A stretch of DNA of 64,000 bases, taken from the NCBI GenBank assembly GCA_965226065.1, contig OZ245332.1, forward strand, positions 873,651 through 937,650. Reading direction: 5' to 3'. Below are positions 31,263 through 41,762 of this stretch, piece by piece. The notes beneath the pieces were generated by a model that did no database searches, was not told where the DNA came from, and saw only the letters and a list, made by a program, of their open reading frames with translations. Numbering within the stretch: the first letter of the stretch is position 1; each line of letters opens with the position of its first letter. Source of the stretch: Spirochaetia bacterium (lineage in GTDB: Bacteria; Spirochaetota; Spirochaetia; WTKD01; G963693115). Both the position numbers and the translations under genes were made by a program.

Positions 31263-32099
31263 TTAAGCCTTGTGTATCGCATAGGCATGAAATGCAGCCC
31301 ATGCAAAAAACATATCTACGGTGCTATTGGGTAAACTGTGTAATAAGGAGGTAAATACATTTTCGTGCATGGGGTGTAAAACGCCTAGAAGTGCTTTTCG
31401 TTTCGCTTCTATTTCTCTATCGCTATATCCCATATTTCGCTTAAAATTTTTATACCGTGTATTCCACACATGCTGCGAATTTTCATCATTTGCAAGAAGC
31501 TTTTCTCCAACTATAAGCACACCTTGTGATGGCATTGCATTCCACACATCGTGTAAAATAGCACGGCGAAGTTTAATCGGAGTAAATTGCAATATAAAAT
31601 GCAATATGACTACGCGAAGCTCAATATCGCGTTTCTCATAAGTGCGGAGCAAAGTGGTACGAGTGTGTAGATCAGCAATATCTATACATTCATATGCAAT
31701 GCTATGCCATTTTTTTTCATTTTCACGTAAGTTACTACGTGCCTGAGCAAGCATAGAAGTGCTATTATCGCACGCTGTTGCATTACAATGGATAAGCGAT
31801 AACTGCTTAGAATCCGCATATCGCGTAATTCTTTCTAGTGACGTACCGAGACTTGTGCCTATGTCTAAAACGCCGTAAAGCGTGTGTTTGGATTTTTCCG
31901 CACAGTCTAAATATTGCATCGCATACTGTGCAGTGAAATTTTGAATATCAGAATATCCCGGTATACTACGATGTGCCATGTCGTTAAAAATACGTGTTAC
32001 GCTTTCGTCAAAAACAAACGATCCTTTTTCTGCATCGCATAAAGCATAGAGCACATCGCGATCGTTACTCTCACTTGCTTTTTCATTTTCAATCATCAT
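31263..32099 (-). CDS. cmoA: Carboxy-S-adenosyl-L-methionine synthase
   Basis: 'FDESVTRIFNDMAHRSIPGY' matches the CmoA signature FDDMxxRSVPGY. Confidence 0.8.
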   Translation of the reverse strand: MMIENEKASESNDRDVLYALCDAEKGSFVFDESVTRIFNDMAHRSIPGYSDIQNFTAQYAMQYLDCAEKSKHTLYGVLDIGTSLGTSLERITRYADSKQLSLIHCNATACDNSTSMLAQARSNLRENEKKWHSIAYECIDIADLHTRTTLLRTYEKRDIELRVVILHFILQFTPIKLRRAILHDVWNAMPSQGVLIVGEKLLANDENSQHVWNTRYKNFKRNMGYSDREIEAKRKALLGVLHPMHENVFTSLLHSLPNSTVDMFFAWAAFHAYAIHKA

Positions 32100-32153
32100 A
32101 TACTTATAATCTAAGAAGTTTTCGCAATGTATTTTTCTCCCTCACTATCCTCG

Positions 32154-33341
32154 TTACTCAACTTCTATCAGTGGTTTTGAATTTCTGATAAAAAACATAC
32201 ACAAGGAAAAAATAAAAACAAATGCACCCATAATAAAAAACACCGCTTCTAATTTTTGTATAGAAGCAAAAATTCCATACAAAGCATTTATTGCTATTGT
32301 CACAAACTGCGAAAGCAATGAAATCAAAGCTACCATCAGTCCCTGTAGGGATCCCGGAAAATACTGTCCTACGCATACGAGAAACGCAGGAAAAAAACCA
32401 CTGACTACAAAGGTCTGTAAGAAGATGGCAAAGAATATCGCAGAACCATCAAGGAATCCAATAAGCACGGTAAGTACTCCTACAAGGCATCCGGTGACAA
32501 GCGCAACATACATTGCAGGCATACGCGACACTATCATGCCAGAAAAAAATATCATCACTAACCCCGATATTCGTGAGATTGATTGTAAAAGCGCAACCGT
32601 CTGATATTCAAATCCTTTAAAGGATACTAAGTAATTAACCATAGAAGTATAAACTGCTATGTTCACTGCCCCTGTTATGGCAAATGCTGCACCGAGTATC
32701 CAAAACGGAGAATATGTGGAAAGCTTTTTCACATTACAAAAACTTAAGGGACTACCGCGAAAATAACCTTCGGGACACCCAATAATAACAAGTACTGCGA
32801 GCGATGCACTAATAAAGGCAAAGAAAAAAAACACCATGCGCCAATCCGCAACAAGCAAAACAAGTGAAGAAAACAAGGGTACAAACACAAAGGCTCCAAT
32901 AGGACCTGTTTCGTGTATTGCCATGACATTTCCACGTATAGAGTCTGAAGACATGCGATTAGCTATTGGAATTCCTGAGCCGGGGTACAGCCCTACACCC
33001 ACGCCTGTAATAAGAAGTCCTATTTTAAAAAATATAAGAGATGGCGCGAGTGCAGAACACATAAGCCCAAATACAAGTAAAAATAAAGAGAGAATCAATG
33101 CACGTTTATGCATTAACACAAATGCTACGTGACCTGAAAAAATCAATGAAACAATAGTACCAATTGATATAAATGATGAAAGCATTATAACCTCATAGCC
33201 TCGTATCGCAAAAGAAGTAGCAATAACTTCACTTAAGGGACCGAGGACTGTACGCGTGTTTATGCTCATGAAAATCGTTCCCCATAGAAGAAGCAGTGTT
33301 GGAAGTGCAGATGCTATAGTTGTGTGATGTTTATGTTTCAT
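32154..33341 (-). CDS. MFS transporter, downstream member of a tandem pair
   Basis: 12-TM MFS-like protein. Start taken at the internal Met 'MKHKHHTT', which overlaps the upstream stop (ATGAAACATAA). Confidence 0.65.
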   Translation of the reverse strand: MKHKHHTTIASALPTLLLLWGTIFMSINTRTVLGPLSEVIATSFAIRGYEVIMLSSFISIGTIVSLIFSGHVAFVLMHKRALILSLFLLVFGLMCSALAPSLIFFKIGLLITGVGVGLYPGSGIPIANRMSSDSIRGNVMAIHETGPIGAFVFVPLFSSLVLLVADWRMVFFFFAFISASLAVLVIIGCPEGYFRGSPLSFCNVKKLSTYSPFWILGAAFAITGAVNIAVYTSMVNYLVSFKGFEYQTVALLQSISRISGLVMIFFSGMIVSRMPAMYVALVTGCLVGVLTVLIGFLDGSAIFFAIFLQTFVVSGFFPAFLVCVGQYFPGSLQGLMVALISLLSQFVTIAINALYGIFASIQKLEAVFFIMGAFVFIFSLCMFFIRNSKPLIEVE

Positions 33342-34590
33342 CGGCTTGTACCAATTTTTCTCTCCGTGAGAAGATAAAAAACAAGAAAGCTGCAAACATA
33401 AATGAGAGAACAAACACACTAGAAAAAAGCATTGTGCGATTTGTGCGCAAGACATACGGAAAAAAATACGCATAACTTACCATTGTTACCATATTACCTA
33501 TTAAAGCCATACTTATTACCGATGTGGGTAACACTGAAAACGGAATAAATTTTGCCATACTTTTTATAAGAGACGGAAAGGTAACTGAAAGTGATGACGT
33601 TATTACAAACAGCACTATTATTTTTGCTTGTGCATCGTGTGCAAACAACAAGAGAAGCATCGAAAAACCTATTGAACAAGCACTTAATAAAAATATACGC
33701 CGTGGTGGAACATGTATGAGTGTAAGTTCTGTAAACATTATCATAGCAATGCGTCCTATAAACATGATAAGAAACAAAAGAGCTGTCATATTTTTCGCAT
33801 CATCGACAACATACTCTTGCACTACATATGGTACGTAATAGAAAACTGACATATCTATCAATGAAACTACAACAAGTATAAAAAGTACCAAATAAAACAT
33901 GCCATTACCAATCGTTCCAGCAATACTCGCTCGTAAGGTAGGCACACTGGTAAAAAACCCGAAATTTTTATGCTTCAAAAGCAACACTACTATGCAAACG
34001 CATAAGATAACTATAAAAAAGAATATACCTACAATGCTTTTTACAATAAAAGCAAGTGTCGCAATAACAGGAAGCATTATATACATGCCTACCGGACGTA
34101 CACGTTTTGTAGAAAATCTTTCAACGCTTTTTTTTCTTTGTTCTTGAGAAGAAGACGTTATATCTAATCTTTCTACTACAGAACATACCGCAGATGCAGG
34201 AATAAGCCCTAACCCTAATGCAAAAATTACAACACTTACAAATGAAGGAATCGTAAAAAAAAGCACCGTAGCTATTAACACGAAACCGAGCGCTAGAGAC
34301 AACACATAGGTATGATATAGTACGCGAGAGATGAAAAGCGATGCAAACATAGCAAAAATATACGCTGATATAAAAGATATAAATAGAATTTCTCTACTTA
34401 CAATTTTTAAATTAAAAAATTGCGTTATTTCATCGGTAAAATATAGATGTATCGGTTGCATGATAAGCATTGAAGCACATAACCAAAATACAAGAGTAAG
34501 TGTACTTTCTATAAAAATCGTAGTACTAGTAGTAGATTTTCTTAGCTCTTCTTTCACAATGTTTCTTTGCCTCCACGCAATGTTGCACAC
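33331..34590 (-). CDS. MFS transporter, upstream member of a tandem pair
   Basis: 419 aa, about 12 TM. Confidence 0.65.
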   Translation of the reverse strand: MCNIAWRQRNIVKEELRKSTTSTTIFIESTLTLVFWLCASMLIMQPIHLYFTDEITQFFNLKIVSREILFISFISAYIFAMFASLFISRVLYHTYVLSLALGFVLIATVLFFTIPSFVSVVIFALGLGLIPASAVCSVVERLDITSSSQEQRKKSVERFSTKRVRPVGMYIMLPVIATLAFIVKSIVGIFFFIVILCVCIVVLLLKHKNFGFFTSVPTLRASIAGTIGNGMFYLVLFILVVVSLIDMSVFYYVPYVVQEYVVDDAKNMTALLFLIMFIGRIAMIMFTELTLIHVPPRRIFLLSACSIGFSMLLLLFAHDAQAKIIVLFVITSSLSVTFPSLIKSMAKFIPFSVLPTSVISMALIGNMVTMVSYAYFFPYVLRTNRTMLFSSVFVLSFMFAAFLFFIFSRREKLVQADET

Positions 34591-34601
34591 TATGTATGTT
34601 T

Positions 34602-36569
34602 TTAACCGGCTATATTTTTTACGGTTTCGGCAATAGATTCAGGGTTAAGTCCATAATAGTTCTTTACATCGTTTGCAGGTCCACACATGCCAAAGCCATC
34701 TATACCAATATGCCCAATAGGACGCAAAGTATCCCAACCAGTAGGCGTTGCAGCTTCTACAATGACAACACGTGCATTTTCAGGAATAATAGTTTTCTTC
34801 CATGCAGAAGTTTGTGCATCAAAATATTCTTTACATAGCATAGAAACAACACGAATCTTATAAGTCTTGCTCAATATTTTCGCTGCTTCTAACGTAGGGT
34901 TAACTTCGCTGCCTGTAGCAACCAATACAAGTTCTTCACCCTTACCTATCTTGCAAATAACATACGCACCTTTTTTCGCATCATTTCTCCATGTTTTTGG
35001 TTTTGCAAAAACCGTGCAATTTTGTCTTGTAAACAACAGGGCACTTGGATTACGTTTTTCAGAAATCGCGCATTGCCACGCAAGCACAGATTCTTGTGCA
35101 TCCGCAGGACGAAAAACGCGTACATTAGGAATGAGTCGTAACGATGGTGCGTGTTCTACAGGCTGATGTGTAGGACCGTCTTCGCCTACAAAGATAGAGT
35201 CGTGCGTAAAGACAAACAGCGACGGAATACGCATAATAGAGGCAAGTCGTATCGCAGGACGCATGTAATCAGAAAACACCAAAAAGGTTGCACCAAAGGC
35301 TTTAAGTCCACCATAAAGCGTCATGCCATTGACAATGCCTCCCATCGCATGTTCGCGTACGCCGTAATGGAGCATGCGTCCTTTAGGATTTTGTGCAAAA
35401 AAACTCCCACGTGCAGGCATTTTTGTATTGTTAGATGGCTGAAGATCGGCAGAACCACCGGTAAACCAGTCAGCAACTTTTGAAATAGCCTCTATACAGG
35501 CGCCGTTTGCTTTACGCGTGGCAATACTCTCTCCAACATTGTAGCGAGGCCACACAATGCCTGCGGTCTTGTACGTAAAATACGCATTCCATGTTTCAAT
35601 ATTCTTTTTGTTTTTACTCCATGCTGCAAAAGCATTTTTCCACGCCTTGTACTGTGTTCCAAGCTCTATTTGTTTCTTTTTAAAAAAAGTCGTAGCATCG
35701 GGGTGAACATAAAAAAGTGTTTTCTCATCAATATTGAATTTTCTTTTCATGGCAGCAATTTCATCCGATGGAAGTGGCGCACCATGCGTTGCAGCACTAC
35801 CTTGCATAGTCGGTGCACCCTTACCTATCGTTGACTTGCATATAATAATTGTTGGCTTTGAATCTTCTTTTTGCGCAGCTGCGATAGCAAGGCGCAAACT
35901 ATCAAAATTGTGTGCGTTTGCCTTCAACACTTGCCAATTGTACGCAGCGAAACGTTTTCCTACATCTTCGGTAAATGCCAAATCAGTAGAACCTTCTATG
36001 CTTATTTTATTAGAGTCGTAAAAAACGATGAGTTTTCCCAGTGCTAAGTGTCCTGCAAGTGACGCTGCTTCTGAAGTAATACCTTCCATCATACAGCCGT
36101 CGCCTGAAACAACATAGGTGTAATTGTTTATACGCGGTTCACCAAATTTTTCGCGGATCATGCGTTCTGAAATTGCCATACCCACCGCATTTGAAAAACC
36201 CGCACCTAAAGGTCCCGTAGTTGTTTCTACTCCCGGCGTGTGTCCGTATTCAGGATGCCCCGGTGTTTTTGAATGAAATTGACGAAAATTTTTTATCTCC
36301 TTCAAAGAAAGTTTGTATCCACTGATGTGCAATAAACTATAAAGCCACATAGAACCATGCCCCGCCGATAATACCAATCTATCACGCGTAGGCCATGCAG
36401 TATCCGCAGGGTTATACTTCATCACTTCTGCAAAAAGTAGTGCACCAAGTTCAGCTAAGCCAAGTGGTAAACCGGGGTGCCCTGAATTTGCTGCTCGTGT
36501 TGCATCCACGGTAAGCATTCGCACTGAAAGTGCTATTTTTTCTAATAATGTATTATCAATTTTTTTCAT
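34602..36569 (-). CDS. tkt: Transketolase
   Basis: 655 aa; N-terminus 'LSVRMLTVDATRAANSGHPGLPLG', TPP-binding 'GDGCMMEG'. Confidence 0.9.
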   Translation of the reverse strand: MKKIDNTLLEKIALSVRMLTVDATRAANSGHPGLPLGLAELGALLFAEVMKYNPADTAWPTRDRLVLSAGHGSMWLYSLLHISGYKLSLKEIKNFRQFHSKTPGHPEYGHTPGVETTTGPLGAGFSNAVGMAISERMIREKFGEPRINNYTYVVSGDGCMMEGITSEAASLAGHLALGKLIVFYDSNKISIEGSTDLAFTEDVGKRFAAYNWQVLKANAHNFDSLRLAIAAAQKEDSKPTIIICKSTIGKGAPTMQGSAATHGAPLPSDEIAAMKRKFNIDEKTLFYVHPDATTFFKKKQIELGTQYKAWKNAFAAWSKNKKNIETWNAYFTYKTAGIVWPRYNVGESIATRKANGACIEAISKVADWFTGGSADLQPSNNTKMPARGSFFAQNPKGRMLHYGVREHAMGGIVNGMTLYGGLKAFGATFLVFSDYMRPAIRLASIMRIPSLFVFTHDSIFVGEDGPTHQPVEHAPSLRLIPNVRVFRPADAQESVLAWQCAISEKRNPSALLFTRQNCTVFAKPKTWRNDAKKGAYVICKIGKGEELVLVATGSEVNPTLEAAKILSKTYKIRVVSMLCKEYFDAQTSAWKKTIIPENARVVIVEAATPTGWDTLRPIGHIGIDGFGMCGPANDVKNYYGLNPESIAETVKNIAG

Positions 36570-36647
36570 ACAAACTCCTTAAGCTACTTTATAATACTCT
36601 CATTATAAAACAAGCAGATAAAAATAAAATAAATTTATGCTTCATAT

Positions 36648-38840
36648 TCACAACCAGTTAAATTTTTGCAAATGGCTTTGTAAATGCGATGCCAATGCTT
36701 CGCTTTGAACAGTAGCGTACGCACACTGCGGCAATTGCGACAAAAGTACTTTGCCATAGCCCTTACTTATCATTCTCTTATCGGTAATGAGAACTGTCCC
36801 CCCATCTTCTGAACCGCGCATAAGTCGACCAAATCCTTGCCTTAATTTTATTTCTGCCAAAGGCAATGCAAGTTGTGCAAACCAATTTTTACCTTCGCGT
36901 TCTACATAACGCTTTTCTTCTTTAAACAGCAAATCTTCGGGCGAGACGAAAGGAATGCGAGTTATTATCAACAAACGCAGCATGTCATGCGGCGCATCAA
37001 AACCTTCCCAAAATGTTGCCGTTGCTACGAGCACCGCATTATCTGTTTCGCGAAACACTTCAAAAAGCGCAGCGGTACTTATAATTCCATCTTGCGCATA
37101 GAGCTGCCATGATACATCGTGCTTTTGTACATACTGACGCAGCAAATGTGAAAGTTCTAAAACCATGGATTTACTGGTACACAATACAAGCGCACGTCCA
37201 CGCGATACTTCAAAAAGCCGAGGCAGGACATCGCCAAGATACTGAACATACGCACTATCGTTCGGTTCGGGTGCATCAGAAGGAATAAGTAGCTGTACGC
37301 GCTCTGCGTAATCAAAAGGAGATTCAAGGAGTATTTTTTCTCCTTCGCGCGGGAAACCAACTTGTCTTCCCCAAAAATGAAATTGTTTTTGAGCAGTGAG
37401 CGTAGCACTTAATGCTATTACTGCATGAGCATCTTCAAAAAGCGTGCGCGATAAAAATCCCCGCACTGAAAGCGGAATGCTAAAGTAATTACATTCTTTT
37501 TTCGCAGGTATATACGATATGAATTTGACAATATTTTCTTCATTTTCTACCGTGCTAAATGCCTGACAGAGATGCGCACGATCTGACCACCATGCCACAC
37601 TTTTTTCAAGATGCATAGAAAGCGAACCCTTCTCATTACATAACCCAACAAGTTCTTGCAGTATTTGTGCAATATGATGCGTATCTTTTGAAAGCGCAAA
37701 AAACAAATCAAGAAGTGCATCATTTGCATATTCCTCATAACGTACACTTTCAACGCGTGTATTTTGATTGCGAATATCTTCATTCTCATGTGGCGTCTCT
37801 TGCATAGCATTCTCTGCATAAGATGAAAATATTGGCATTAGTATTTCATCGATACGCGCAATATTTTCTACAATTTTCTGCATGTTTTTTTTGCAGGTTT
37901 CTATTTTCATTTCAAATTCGTTTGAAAATGTTTTACCTGTAGCACGATCAAGCGTCACGCTTCCGCTACGTCCGAAAAGCATGTCGTACATATTTTGCGT
38001 TGTACTTTTAGAAAAAGAAAGCGTCATGCTATCTCGAATTATCGTTTTAATGCGATGTGCTTCATCCAACACAAAAATTGCATTGTGCGGTAAAAGCCCC
38101 TCACCTCTTTGTACTTCGTTATCGACTTCTGCATTCCCATACGAAACATCCCTTTCCATCAATTGAAGCATGTGTAATAAATGATAAGAAAGCACGTTGT
38201 AGTTTGTTATGATAATGCCCGCTTGAAATACGCGTTTACGAGCTGCCTGAAAAAAGCAACCTCGCATGCCTTTTGAAGCACACAAAACACCTCCGCAGGC
38301 AAATTCATGTGCACACATATGCTGCCACAAGGCATGCGGAATGTAAAGACGCTCTTGCATATCTTCACCAAAACATTCACGATCTCCTGTTTGTGTTAGA
38401 GACGTCCAACGTAGTATTTGTTCGCGTAATTTTTCTAAGTCATCATTCTCATCAAAAAGTAAAGACTCTTGTCCTTGCAAAAACGAAGTAAGCCTACTTT
38501 TACACAAATAATTACTTTTCCCTTTCAGTACGGTAACTGAAACATCCGTGCCGAGCACCTTTTGTAAATACGGAATGTCATTATCAGCAATCTGATGCTG
38601 TAAGGCTATGCTTGCAGTAACTACCACCACGCACTGACCTTCTGCTGCCTGAAGAAGCGCAGGGACAAGATACGCAAATGATTTGCCCGTGCCCGTGCCT
38701 GCCTCTACTGCTAAAACTTTTCCTTTGTGCATGACGTTTTCTATAGCGGCACTAAGTTGATGCTGCTTATCGCGCATTTCAAATTGCTTATTTTCTCGTG
38801 GAAGTATTTTGGTAAAAATCTCGTCAAGAGTGTATTGCAT
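36648..38840 (-). CDS. dinG: DinG/Rad3-family ATP-dependent DNA helicase
   Basis: Walker A 'EAGTGTGKSFAYLVP', DEAH box 'VLDEAHRI', 730 aa. Confidence 0.8.
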   Translation of the reverse strand: MQYTLDEIFTKILPRENKQFEMRDKQHQLSAAIENVMHKGKVLAVEAGTGTGKSFAYLVPALLQAAEGQCVVVVTASIALQHQIADNDIPYLQKVLGTDVSVTVLKGKSNYLCKSRLTSFLQGQESLLFDENDDLEKLREQILRWTSLTQTGDRECFGEDMQERLYIPHALWQHMCAHEFACGGVLCASKGMRGCFFQAARKRVFQAGIIITNYNVLSYHLLHMLQLMERDVSYGNAEVDNEVQRGEGLLPHNAIFVLDEAHRIKTIIRDSMTLSFSKSTTQNMYDMLFGRSGSVTLDRATGKTFSNEFEMKIETCKKNMQKIVENIARIDEILMPIFSSYAENAMQETPHENEDIRNQNTRVESVRYEEYANDALLDLFFALSKDTHHIAQILQELVGLCNEKGSLSMHLEKSVAWWSDRAHLCQAFSTVENEENIVKFISYIPAKKECNYFSIPLSVRGFLSRTLFEDAHAVIALSATLTAQKQFHFWGRQVGFPREGEKILLESPFDYAERVQLLIPSDAPEPNDSAYVQYLGDVLPRLFEVSRGRALVLCTSKSMVLELSHLLRQYVQKHDVSWQLYAQDGIISTAALFEVFRETDNAVLVATATFWEGFDAPHDMLRLLIITRIPFVSPEDLLFKEEKRYVEREGKNWFAQLALPLAEIKLRQGFGRLMRGSEDGGTVLITDKRMISKGYGKVLLSQLPQCAYATVQSEALASHLQSHLQKFNWL

Positions 38841-39033
38841 GTATTCATAATACCGCTACACTGCAAATAAAAAATAAAATTCTATATTTTAGATAAGAAA
38901 AAGATAGCGTATTTACAAAAATGCTAAGGGAAAAAATTCAAATTCTGTGCTCTGATTATATAATGATCTTACATATATAAAGACATAAGAAAAACCTGTA
39001 TGTAACACAGAACTTAATAAGTATGTTGTGCCT

Positions 39034-40407
39034 CTAGTATTGTTTGAGTACAAAAGCATCTGAAAAACCCTTGCGATTATAGCTCAGTAATTGAACACCA
39101 ACATCATCTTTTTTAAAAGGTCCTACGACTAGTTTATAATATTGAGAAGAAAGCTTTTTATATACGAATATGTTATTTCTCTTTGTAATAAGTTTTGGAG
39201 ATGTAGCAGCATGCTTTGCATCATCTTTTTTTGAATAACTCGCAAGCTGTATAAACGTACCGTCTGCCAATGCTGTTTTTACATCCACTGTCTGTTTTTT
39301 GGGTAACGGAGCAGAAACTGCTTCAAAATTCTCAGACTCAAGCGTAGCTTCCTCTCTTAGTTCATCTTCTTGTAATTTTTTTTCTCGCAGAGGATATTTA
39401 TCTTCCGTCGCAGCGATCGACCACGAACTCTGTACTGTGCTAGTCTCTTTCTTTACAGGTTGTTCTGGTACAACGGGTTGTTCTGGTACAACGGGAATCG
39501 TAACGCTTTTATTAGGAGGAACTTCAGGCTCATCTTCTTTTTTCTTTGTTAAAAGAAGTGGGTCTGCAAAGGGTGTATATTCGGGTTTCTGCTCGATGTT
39601 GTAATTCGGGCTCATGACATCTTCTATGCTCTTAGGCATTTTTTCCTCATTTTTTTCCTCATTTGGGATATGTGCCGTTTTAGGAATAGGAATACTGCTT
39701 GGAAACGATTCTATAGGCTTTGTATCTTCTTCTTTCACTTCTATAAGTGCTATCTCTTCTACTTTTGTTCTATCATCTATTTTTCTAGAATCCGGTGCTA
39801 CTTCGCGATATGCCTTTGTCATTGGAACAGATGCACTATAAGGAGGTGGTATTTTAACCCCTATCGGATTAACTAACTTTGAATGTGGAGGAACAGATGC
39901 GCTATAAGGAGGTGGTATTTTAACCATTGGAGCTTGTACAGAATAACTCGGTGTAATTTCTGGCTTGCTTTCTTGTGGCATGAAATTTTTACTTGGTAAA
40001 CTCTCTGTAGATACAGTGTCTTTTTTGAAGAAATAAGGACTTATGCTTGGATCAGGAGTGCGGAAGTACATGTTAGAATTAAAATTCTCACGCATATCAT
40101 CAGAGGTATCAGATACACCTTCTTCTCGCGGTACAGTGCTATCAGTATATACTGGAGCAACACTCGGTATGTTTGTCATGCTCATATCGCTCATGTTCGT
40201 AGGCATGCGGTCTGTTCTTGGAGTCCGTAATGGCGTGCGTGATGGCGTGCGAAATGTTCTTCTTTGATTTTTTGCATTCCGATTCGTATTCTGAGAAAAT
40301 GCATATACCACAAGTATGCTGACAATACATAATAAGAATACCTTTTTAACAATAGAAACAAAGCTCATACAATGTGTATCGTCATACATTTCTATTTCCA
40401 TAAGCAA
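39034..40407 (-). CDS. Bitopic membrane protein with a proline-rich repetitive linker and a C-terminal SPOR (peptidoglycan-binding) domain
   Basis: N-terminal TM helix; 'VKIPPPYSASVP' x2 and 'VVPEQP' x2; the C-terminal ~75-aa segment 'TFIQLASYSKKDDAKHAATSPK...YKLVVGPFKK...' (SPOR-like) ending the protein. Confidence 0.65.
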   Translation of the reverse strand: MLMEIEMYDDTHCMSFVSIVKKVFLLCIVSILVVYAFSQNTNRNAKNQRRTFRTPSRTPLRTPRTDRMPTNMSDMSMTNIPSVAPVYTDSTVPREEGVSDTSDDMRENFNSNMYFRTPDPSISPYFFKKDTVSTESLPSKNFMPQESKPEITPSYSVQAPMVKIPPPYSASVPPHSKLVNPIGVKIPPPYSASVPMTKAYREVAPDSRKIDDRTKVEEIALIEVKEEDTKPIESFPSSIPIPKTAHIPNEEKNEEKMPKSIEDVMSPNYNIEQKPEYTPFADPLLLTKKKEDEPEVPPNKSVTIPVVPEQPVVPEQPVKKETSTVQSSWSIAATEDKYPLREKKLQEDELREEATLESENFEAVSAPLPKKQTVDVKTALADGTFIQLASYSKKDDAKHAATSPKLITKRNNIFVYKKLSSQYYKLVVGPFKKDDVGVQLLSYNRKGFSDAFVLKQY

Positions 40408-40551
40408 TTTTTGCGGATATGCTTCTGCTGTTTCACTTAACTTAGATGCAAGAAGTATGCGTATAAGAATTAAGATAATGCCAATTACTGTAAATAATTA
40501 CATGATAACAATATTGCCATTACAGAGATACACATACTATTATTTGATTAT

Positions 40552-41754
40552 ATGATGAAAAAAATACCTCAACAGAATTCTCAAGAGAAAAAAATTTGCG
40601 AAAAATCTCGTATCAAAAAAACATTAAACATGAAAGATTTGTTATCTCGTGAAATAATAGAACTGCCAAATAAAAAAGCACTTTCATATCTTCAAAATAA
40701 ACGCATACTTATCACTGGTGCCGGCGGTAGCATAGGTAGTGAGCTTGCGACACAGCTTTTATATGCCGGCGTATCGCGTATGTACTTACTCGGACATGGA
40801 GAATATAGCATTTACAAAATTGCACAGAAACTTCACCGATTACAAGAGCACGGCATTGGAGAACGAACACATTTTATACCAGTACCATGCGAACTTACCG
40901 ATGAACATTCTGTGCATCATATGCTTAAAAAACTTAAAGCAGATGTGGTATTTCATACAGCGGCATATAAACACATAGACTTAGTCGAAAAAAACCCTGT
41001 TGTCAGTACTGCTACAAATATATTTGGCACCAAATTTCTCATTGATGCTGCAAAAAAATACGGAACACAACGCTTTATATTGATATCAACCGACAAAGCT
41101 GCAAATCCTACATCGGTGTACGGCGCAAATAAACTCGTTTCAGAGCAGCTTGCACTAAATGCCGGTACTACCGAGATGAGAACATCGGTCATGCGTTTTG
41201 GAAATGTACTCGGTTCTCGTGGTAGTGTCATCCCCTTATTTGAAAAACAAATCACCACAGGAGGCCCCATCACCATTACATCTCCAGAATGCTGTCGTTA
41301 TTTTATGACGCTTTCCGAAGCATGTTCACTCATACTTTATGCATTACAGCTTAATAAAGAAACACTCCATTCTTTATACGCATTAGAAATGGGTAAGCAA
41401 ATATCTATCATTGATATCGCCCAGCGTATGCTAGATTTTTACGGACTTAAAAAAGACAAAGACATTTCTTTTGTCATTACAGGTTTACGTCCTGGCGAAA
41501 AGATACGCGAAAATCTTCTTTCCCCTCATGAAGAACGCTACGAATCTCCTATTAAACATGTCTACTACGTTATCAATAAGGACAAAGATCCTATTATAAA
41601 ATCCATAGATACTATGATTAAAAAATTATATCCGGTGTGTTTTTACGTACCGTCAAAGGCAGAACGTTATAAAAACAAAAAGGCGGTAGTAGAAATTATG
41701 CAAGAACATATTCCCTTATTCAAGCCTATAAAAAAAGTAGCGCGAAAAAGCTAA
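40552..41754 (+). CDS. UDP-sugar 4,6-dehydratase of the CapD/PglF/PseB (FlaA1) family, soluble form
   Basis: Rossmann 'ILITGAGGSIGSEL', 'HTAAYKHIDLVEKNP' and 'ISTDKAANPTSVYGANK' match the polysaccharide biosynthesis protein CapD family. No N-terminal TM domain. Confidence 0.8.
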   Translation: MMKKIPQQNSQEKKICEKSRIKKTLNMKDLLSREIIELPNKKALSYLQNKRILITGAGGSIGSELATQLLYAGVSRMYLLGHGEYSIYKIAQKLHRLQEHGIGERTHFIPVPCELTDEHSVHHMLKKLKADVVFHTAAYKHIDLVEKNPVVSTATNIFGTKFLIDAAKKYGTQRFILISTDKAANPTSVYGANKLVSEQLALNAGTTEMRTSVMRFGNVLGSRGSVIPLFEKQITTGGPITITSPECCRYFMTLSEACSLILYALQLNKETLHSLYALEMGKQISIIDIAQRMLDFYGLKKDKDISFVITGLRPGEKIRENLLSPHEERYESPIKHVYYVINKDKDPIIKSIDTMIKKLYPVCFYVPSKAERYKNKKAVVEIMQEHIPLFKPIKKVARKS

Positions 41755-41762
41755 GACATACT

